Below, in pieces: positions 53,143-58,738 of a DNA stretch of 58,738 nt. The translations under genes and the position numbers were made by a program. The notes beneath the pieces were generated by a model that had not been told where the DNA came from, did not search any database, and saw only the letters and a list, made by a program, of their open reading frames with translations. Location of the stretch: positions 1 through 58,738 of the forward strand of contig CAWEDJ010000005.1 of assembly GCA_963807635.1 (NCBI GenBank), written 5' to 3'. Positions within the stretch are counted from its first letter, which is position 1; the number at the start of each line of letters is the position of its first letter. The stretch comes from an uncultured cyanobacterium (GTDB lineage: Bacteria > Cyanobacteriota > Cyanobacteriia > Cyanobacteriales > Microcystaceae).

Positions 53143-53156
53143 GTAGATTGTGATAC
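53143..53156 (-). promoter_or_regulatory. NtcA-binding site upstream of amt
   Basis: GTA-GATTGTGA-TAC (GTAN8TAC); -10-like AACACT 22 nt downstream on the minus strand. Confidence 0.8.
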
Positions 53157-53268
53157 TTTTTGGGAAAAATTAAGCGAAGGATTAAATTTTCGAGAGTGGT
53201 TTTCTGGAGATGATGAGCGAAAATCGACTTTTCTAATGAGTAGTACTTTCTGATCATTCAAATTTTAT

Positions 53269-55275
53269 TCAACGATGCCCCAAAAGCTGATCTCGTAAAT
53301 GCTGGATGCGATCGCGACATTTTGCGGCTTCTTCAAACTGTAAATTTTTCGCCGCTTCTTTCATCGTGTCTTCTAATTGTTTAATCAAATTAGGAATTTG
53401 TTCTAGGGGCAAATCATCGGCTTGCTGATAAACTTCCTCTAGCTGTTGGGAATTGAGACGACGAGAAATATCTAAAAAAGATAAAATCGAATTACTAGAG
53501 CGAGATTGAATAGATTGGGGAATAATGCTATTTTTTTCATTATAATCCTGTTGAATTTTACGTCTTCTTTCCGTTTCTTTAATGGCTCTAGCCATACTAT
53601 TAGTTAAATTATCTGCATACAAAATTGCCTGACCATTAATGTGTCGTGCCGCTCTACCCATTGTTTGAATCAGCGATCGCTCTGACCGCAAAAAGCCTTC
53701 CTTGTCTGCATCTAAAATAGCCACTAGAGAAACTTCAGGTAAATCCAACCCTTCCCGTAATAAATTGACCCCAATCAGAACATCAAATTCTCCATTTTTT
53801 AAAGACTGAATAATTTCAATCCGTTGAATAGATTGAATTTCTGAATGTAAATACTGAACCCGAATCGCTCTTTCTTGGAAATAATTAGTTAAATCCTCCG
53901 CCATTTTTTTCGTTAAAGTTGTAATTAAAACTCGCTCTTTTCGGGGAATTCGTTCTTGTATTTCACCATACAAATCATCTACTTGTCCCATCGTAGGACG
54001 TACAAAAATAATAGGATCAAGAATGCCCGTTGGTCGAATAATTTGTTCAAATACTCGGTCTTCTGATTGCTCCATTTCCCAAACGCCAGGCGTTGCCGAA
54101 ACAAAGATACATTGATTCACTTTTTCCCAAAATTCCTCTGCCTTTAAGGGTCGATTATCTGCGGCACTAGGTAAACGAAAACCATGATCAATTAAAACTT
54201 TTTTCCGAGCCTGATCGCCGTTATACATACCGCGCAATTGGGGAATCGTCACATGGGATTCATCAATCACTAATAACCAATCTTCAGGAAAATAATCAAT
54301 TAAACATTCGGGCGGTTCCCCTGCATTTCTTCCTGCTAAAAAACGAGAATAATTCTCTACTCCGTTACAATAGCCGACTTCTTGCAACATTTCGAGATCG
54401 TAACGAGTGCGTTGGCTTAAACGTTGGGCCTCTAAGACTTGATTGTTTTTTTCTAACAGTGCAACCTGTCCTTCTAATTCCGCTTTAATCGATAAACAGG
54501 CTGATTCTAGGGTTTCTTCGGGGGTGACAAAGTGGCGAGCGGGATAAATATTGAGAGCTTCTAATTGATTTAAAATTTCTCCTGTAACAGGATCAAGATA
54601 ACGAATAGCTTCAATTTCATCCCCAAAAAATTCAACCCGAATAATACGGTCTTCGTAGGCAGGAACAATTTCTAAAACATCCCCTTTTAAACGAAATCTT
54701 CCCCGTTGTAATTCCACATCATTCCGTTCGTATTGAACATTCACTAAACTCCGAATTAATTGTCTGGGATCAACTTCTTTTCCCACTGCTAAAGGAACAG
54801 CCGCTTTGAGATATTCGGCGGGCATTCCCAATCCATAAATGCAACTAATCGAGGCAACCACAATCACATCTTTTCTTTCAAACAAAGAACGGGTTGCAGA
54901 GTGCCGAAGCATATCAATTTCATCGTTAATGGCCGCCGTTTTTTCAATGTAGGTATCGGTAACGGGAATGTAGGCTTCGGGTTGATAATAGTCGTAATAA
55001 CTAACAAAATATTCCACCGCATTATCGGGAAAAAATTGGCGAAATTCATTGCACAATTGGGCCGCGAGGGTTTTATTGTGAGCCAATACCAAGGTCGGAC
55101 GGTTAACTTTTTCGATCACCGAGGCAATGGTGAAGGTTTTACCCGTTCCCGTTGCCCCCAGTAAGGTTTGTAGAGAATTTCCCTGGTTTAAAGATTTAAG
55201 TAATCCCGCGATCGCGTTTGGCTGATCCCCAGTGGGTTTGAAGGGAGCATCGAGATGAAAAAGGCTATCCGTCAT
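53269..55275 (-). CDS. uvrB: Excinuclease ABC subunit B
   Basis: [36 protein letters not shown] tail. Confidence 0.98.
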   Translation of the reverse strand: MTDSLFHLDAPFKPTGDQPNAIAGLLKSLNQGNSLQTLLGATGTGKTFTIASVIEKVNRPTLVLAHNKTLAAQLCNEFRQFFPDNAVEYFVSYYDYYQPEAYIPVTDTYIEKTAAINDEIDMLRHSATRSLFERKDVIVVASISCIYGLGMPAEYLKAAVPLAVGKEVDPRQLIRSLVNVQYERNDVELQRGRFRLKGDVLEIVPAYEDRIIRVEFFGDEIEAIRYLDPVTGEILNQLEALNIYPARHFVTPEETLESACLSIKAELEGQVALLEKNNQVLEAQRLSQRTRYDLEMLQEVGYCNGVENYSRFLAGRNAGEPPECLIDYFPEDWLLVIDESHVTIPQLRGMYNGDQARKKVLIDHGFRLPSAADNRPLKAEEFWEKVNQCIFVSATPGVWEMEQSEDRVFEQIIRPTGILDPIIFVRPTMGQVDDLYGEIQERIPRKERVLITTLTKKMAEDLTNYFQERAIRVQYLHSEIQSIQRIEIIQSLKNGEFDVLIGVNLLREGLDLPEVSLVAILDADKEGFLRSERSLIQTMGRAARHINGQAILYADNLTNSMARAIKETERRRKIQQDYNEKNSIIPQSIQSRSSNSILSFLDISRRLNSQQLEEVYQQADDLPLEQIPNLIKQLEDTMKEAAKNLQFEEAAKCRDRIQHLRDQLLGHR

Positions 55276-55454
55276 TACAAAAATTGGCTATAGTCTGGGA
55301 TAATTAAGGATATTATAAATCCCTATCTTTGAAGACCCAATGATAGGTGTATCTTTAATCATAGAAGCAATTCTTAAAAATTAGCTTAGAATTGGCCATT
55401 CCATGCGCCCCTAAAAGACTTCATTTACGGTATTAAAACAAGGAGAATGACACA

Positions 55455-55868
55455 ATGACAGTGGAAAACACCGCACCCGCAACAACTGCAAGCGAATCCG
55501 CCAAGGAACCGACGAAAACCCCGACCAGAGGCAGAAAGACCAAGGAAGACTCAGAAGTAACGGCGTTATCCGTTTCCTCCGCTCAGTCGGGGGGGTTACA
55601 TTTAATGAAGTCTCCCACTGGATTACCAGGCAACCGCCCCATCGAAGCGAGTCATTTACACATCATTGGAACCTATAGCGCAGTCGGTGGCTCTCGTCCT
55701 ATCACCACTAATGGCATCGAAGTCAGCAGTACGATGACTATTTCTGGGAATCGTCCTATTGCGGTTAGTCATTTGGTGATCAGTGAAATGTATTCGGTCA
55801 TGGGGAATCGTCCCGTTGCCTCTAATGAAATTGACGACCCTACGGCTTTGATGGGATTTTTGGATTAG
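55455..55868 (+). CDS. Hypothetical protein with four G(N/S)RP(I/V) repeats
   Basis: RBS AGGAG; LPGNRPI, GGSRPI, SGNRPI and MGNRPV at ~20-aa spacing. Confidence 0.8.
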   Translation: MTVENTAPATTASESAKEPTKTPTRGRKTKEDSEVTALSVSSAQSGGLHLMKSPTGLPGNRPIEASHLHIIGTYSAVGGSRPITTNGIEVSSTMTISGNRPIAVSHLVISEMYSVMGNRPVASNEIDDPTALMGFLD

Positions 55869-55904
55869 AATCGCTCAATTTAAAACAAAATTTACTAGTG
55901 AAAT

Positions 55905-55940
55905 AAAACCTTGCTCTGAGACTTTTTGGGGCAGGTTTTT
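55905..55940. terminator. Probable bidirectional terminator between convergent genes
   Basis: AAAACCTTGCTCTGAG-ACTT-TTTGGGGCAGGTTTTT. Confidence 0.6.
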
Positions 55941-55975
55941 AAGTTTTTAACCTACGCTAAAATAGGCGAATTTTT

Positions 55976-56519
55976 TTAGGATTGTTTTAGCTTTATTGTC
56001 GTATCCAGCAGACTTTTCGGCAAATTGATCAAATCTTTCTGCTAGTTTTTCATCCAATAGTTTTCCTTCTTTATCAAAAACTTGCCAGGCTTGACCGATC
56101 GCAATTTGGGACGGAATAACCCAGGCATGAACCCATCTCATAATAACCCGTAAATCGTTGAGGGCATTGCTATTGGACTGACCGCCGAGAACACTCATCA
56201 AACCTGTGACCTTGCCTGATAATTCTTCAAAAGTCAACAGATCGAGCGCATTTTTCATCACTCCACTCAGGCTCCCGTGATATTCGGGAGTGGCTAAAAC
56301 TAAGCCGTCCGCCGCTTTGACAATTTGTTTGAACCTGGCGACATCAGGATAGTCGGCATACTCTTTTCCCCCATCACAGAAGGGTAAATTCAGCGATCGC
56401 AGATCTATAATTTCTACCTCTGCACCCAAGGCGGCTAATCGTTGCATCACTAAGTTTAACGACTGAAAGCTATAGGAACCTTCCCGCAAACTGCCACTAA
56501 TTCCCACAATCTTGACCAT
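55976..56519 (-). CDS. NADPH-dependent FMN reductase (frameshift at ~56015 alters the tail; uncorrected ORF ends at 55947)
   Basis: GISGSLREGS, TPEYHGSLSGVMKNALD. Confidence 0.92.
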
Positions 56520-56562
56520 TTGACTTATTTTCCTCTATTAGAGCTAGATAGACACAACTCAT

Positions 56563-56575
56563 AGTCATTATGACT
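56563..56575. promoter_or_regulatory. Palindromic operator-like site
   Basis: AGTCAT-T-ATGACT, ~45 bp upstream of the FMN reductase start. Confidence 0.4.
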
Positions 56576-56786
56576 CCATTTAAGTTAGCGAATATTACCT
56601 CGCTTTGTCAAGAAATTTTCAAGTCGCGATCGCGATGTTCCCGTCAATCAGAATAATTCCATCCTTAACAAGCAATAATATAAATTAATGTAAATCGAAG
56701 ACATTGATTTAAGTCTATTTTTATGATGTGAGCGATAGAATAGTTAGTAGGAGTGATAATCAATTCCTTCGCGGAGGTACTGCGCT

Positions 56787-56939
56787 ATGAAACCGATGAT
56801 TTGGCGACCCGAAGCAAACGATGAAAAAGTGAACCAATATCTTGATCACTTTAACCATGAACCTTGGATAGAGTTTTTAGTCGGTCTAATGTTGTTTGTG
56901 ATGCTATTTAGTATTTTGGTTTTTCTGGGCATTTTTTAA
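56787..56939 (+). CDS. 50-aa small protein with a C-terminal TM helix (not in the ORF track)
   Basis: GGAGG RBS at 56773; MKPMIWRPEANDEKVNQYLDHFNHEPWIEFLVGLMLFVMLFSILVFLGIF. Confidence 0.65.
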   Translation: MKPMIWRPEANDEKVNQYLDHFNHEPWIEFLVGLMLFVMLFSILVFLGIF

Positions 56940-57069
56940 CAACTCAATCTGCTATTAAAGGGAGTTAATCAGATTTTTGTCTTTTTACTCCTTTTTTTGT
57001 GTTGTTTGATAATCTCTTAATGGATTTTTCCCTAAACGGTAATGCTAGAAAAGACATCACTCGAAAAAA

Positions 57070-57841
57070 TTAAAATTGTCGTCGCGCAAAAATTAAATTA
57101 GCAAGCGTTAATAAAAAGACAACGTAGAGTATGCCATACAGCAACGTGCTAAAAAGTTCTGAGCTTGCTGGTAATAACCCATAAACGGCATCATTTTTGA
57201 GATTAAATCTTTCTAGATTGGGTAATACTAAATAAAGCGATTTTGTGAGGGTTTCAATATTCTCATTTTTCGTGATAGCTCCCAATTTTAAGAGGTCTTT
57301 GCTGATATGACCCATAAAATAAATCCCAAAGCTAAATAGGGTTGCTAGAATAGAACTGGTGAAAACTCCGAACAAAATAGCTACCCGCTGTTAATACCGC
57401 TAATTCGAGGAATAGGAAAGCTTGGGATAAAAGAATATGGATAAAGAAAAAGGAATTTTTGCCCAGTACAACATTCCCAGATAAATAATGGTCATAATGG
57501 CAATCATTACCGCTAAAACTGCTGACAATCCCAAATGTTTACCCACAATAAATTCAGTGCGACTAATGGGTTTAGGAATGAGAACTAGAACAGTTTTCTT
57601 TTCGATTTCTTTATTAATTAATCCTGTTCCCACAAAAATCGCCACGATCGCGCCTAATAAAGAAGTAGCGGCAAGCCCTAAATCCAGAAAAATTTTTCCA
57701 TCGGCTCCGACAGAAATTTCAGGTAATAAGCGCAACGCTAGGGCTAGAAAAATGGCGAAGAAACCAATGACGTAAAGAATACGATCGCGAATAACTTCCC
57801 GAAATCCATTGGCCGATCGCCCAAATTCTAAAGAGATTCAT
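57070..57841 (-). CDS. ABC-2 type transporter permease (frameshifts at ~57812, ~57438 and ~57385)
   Basis: NGFREVIRDRILY, KEIEKKTVLVLIPKPISR.EFIVGKHLG, LPNLERFNLKNDAVYG, FARRQF. Confidence 0.85.
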
Positions 57842-57926
57842 AGGACGCTTGGTAACGTAGGTATCAGAGACAACGATTTATTATAGCTTTCTAGGTTAGG
57901 GTCAGAATACGGAAATGGTCAGAAAA

Positions 57927-57956
57927 GTTAACCTAATTTTAACCTTAGCTTTGCCT
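57927..57956 (+). promoter_or_regulatory. Pho box (SphR/PhoB-type) upstream of pstS
   Basis: GTTAACCT-AAT-TTTAACCT-TAG-CTTTGCCT: three 8-mers at 11-bp period resembling PyTTAAPyPy(T/A). Confidence 0.8.
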
Positions 57957-58058
57957 TAATTTATTGTTTGTCCCCTCACTTGTATCTGTGGCTAAACTCT
58001 ACTAAAAATCAAAGGTGACTGATATATTGCAACGAATTTGCCAGGGGACGAAACAACA

Positions 58059-58738
58059 ATGCTTTTATTTTCAACAACTTTACGCCAAGCGGTGACATTC
58101 TCTGCGGTTACTGTGGCAGTGTCTCTAGGAGCAGTTGGTCAAGCGATCGCTGGTTCCTTAAGTGGAGCAGGTGCAACCTTTCCCGCACCGCTTTATCAAC
58201 GTTATTTTTCTGAATATCAAAAAGCGACTGGTACAACCGTTAATTATAATTCCGTTGGTAGTGGAGCAGGAATTAGACAATTTATTGGCGGAACCGTTGA
58301 TTTTGGGGCGACAGATGTTCCCCCTCGGCCTCAGAAAAAGGCCAGATGAAAAACGGGGTTTTATTAGTTCCTACGGCGGGTGGTGCCGTTGCCGTTGTTT
58401 ATAACTTGCCCTGGTGTTAAAGATGTTAAGATTTCACGCCAGATATTACCTAAGATTTTTAGCGGTGAAATTACCAACTGGAAACAGGTCGATTCCAAAT
58501 TTCCCAGTAAACCCATTCGCGTGGTTGTTCGGGCAGATGGTAGTGGAACCACCGAAATTTTTACCAGTCATTTAGCGGCGGCTAGTCCTGCTTTCAAGAG
58601 TAAAGTGGGAGCCAGCAAAGATCCTAATTGGGGTTTTCAAGTATTAAAAGGCCCTAAAAATGACGGTGTCGCGGCTCTCGTTAAACAAACCGATGGCGCG
58701 ATCGGCTATGTCCAAGATACCTATGCCCGTAAGAATGA
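58059..58738 (+). CDS. pstS: Phosphate ABC transporter substrate-binding protein (3'-partial; frameshifts at ~58322 and ~58410)
   Basis: GAGATFPAPLY, YNSVGSGAG, VDFGATD, IFSGEITNW, VVRADGSGTT, GAIGYV. Confidence 0.93.

Larger units (their letters stand above)
4008..58150. repeat. HIP1 (GCGATCGC) dispersed octamer
   Basis: Roughly 60 copies by manual count, e.g. 4008, 15612, 29691 (overlapping double), 51381, 58143. Confidence 0.95.

Noticed and set aside
1061..58552. Many short antisense or overlapping ORFs in the track (e.g. 14677-15087, 49518-49856, 52301-52588)
   Set aside because: They are shadows of well-supported genes on the other strand or frame, with no motifs of their own.

Overview
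Chromosomal window from a cyanobacterium. The HIP1 octamer GCGATCGC occurs about once per kb, and ferrochelatase has a CAB tail, with bvdR, hoxW, an NtcA box and a Pho box also present. A unicellular Synechocystis/Microcystis-like lineage is my inference only. Housekeeping genes (lysS, def, thrS, hemH, A-adding tRNA nucleotidyltransferase, purN, mtnA, ppa, ilvN, codA, bvdR, amt, uvrB, pstS) are interleaved with many small accessory units: four Uma2 nucleases, four toxin-antitoxin loci, an MmeI-like restriction-modification fusion, three MITE-like elements and an IS630 end. About 14 single-base frameshifts look like long-read errors rather than real pseudogenes. The most notable candidates are: (1) a reconstructed single gene encoding TIR + six-repeat W-rich beta-propeller + membrane-anchored KAP NTPase, cut at its 3' end by IS630; (2) a lone PD-(D/E)XK nuclease with an unknown C-terminal domain, next to a 40-41 bp-period repeat array that ends in a Xer-like half site; (3) an ABC/AAA_21 ATPase + PIN-like two-gene unit; (4) a TA cassette bracketed by a 36-bp direct repeat; (5) a 67-aa insert in LysS, an orphan Nif11 peptide, a proteobacterial-type gltIJK without its ATPase, and two unannotated small membrane ORFs. 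I saw no rRNA, tRNA or CRISPR array. All family calls come from motif recognition by eye; no database searches were run.
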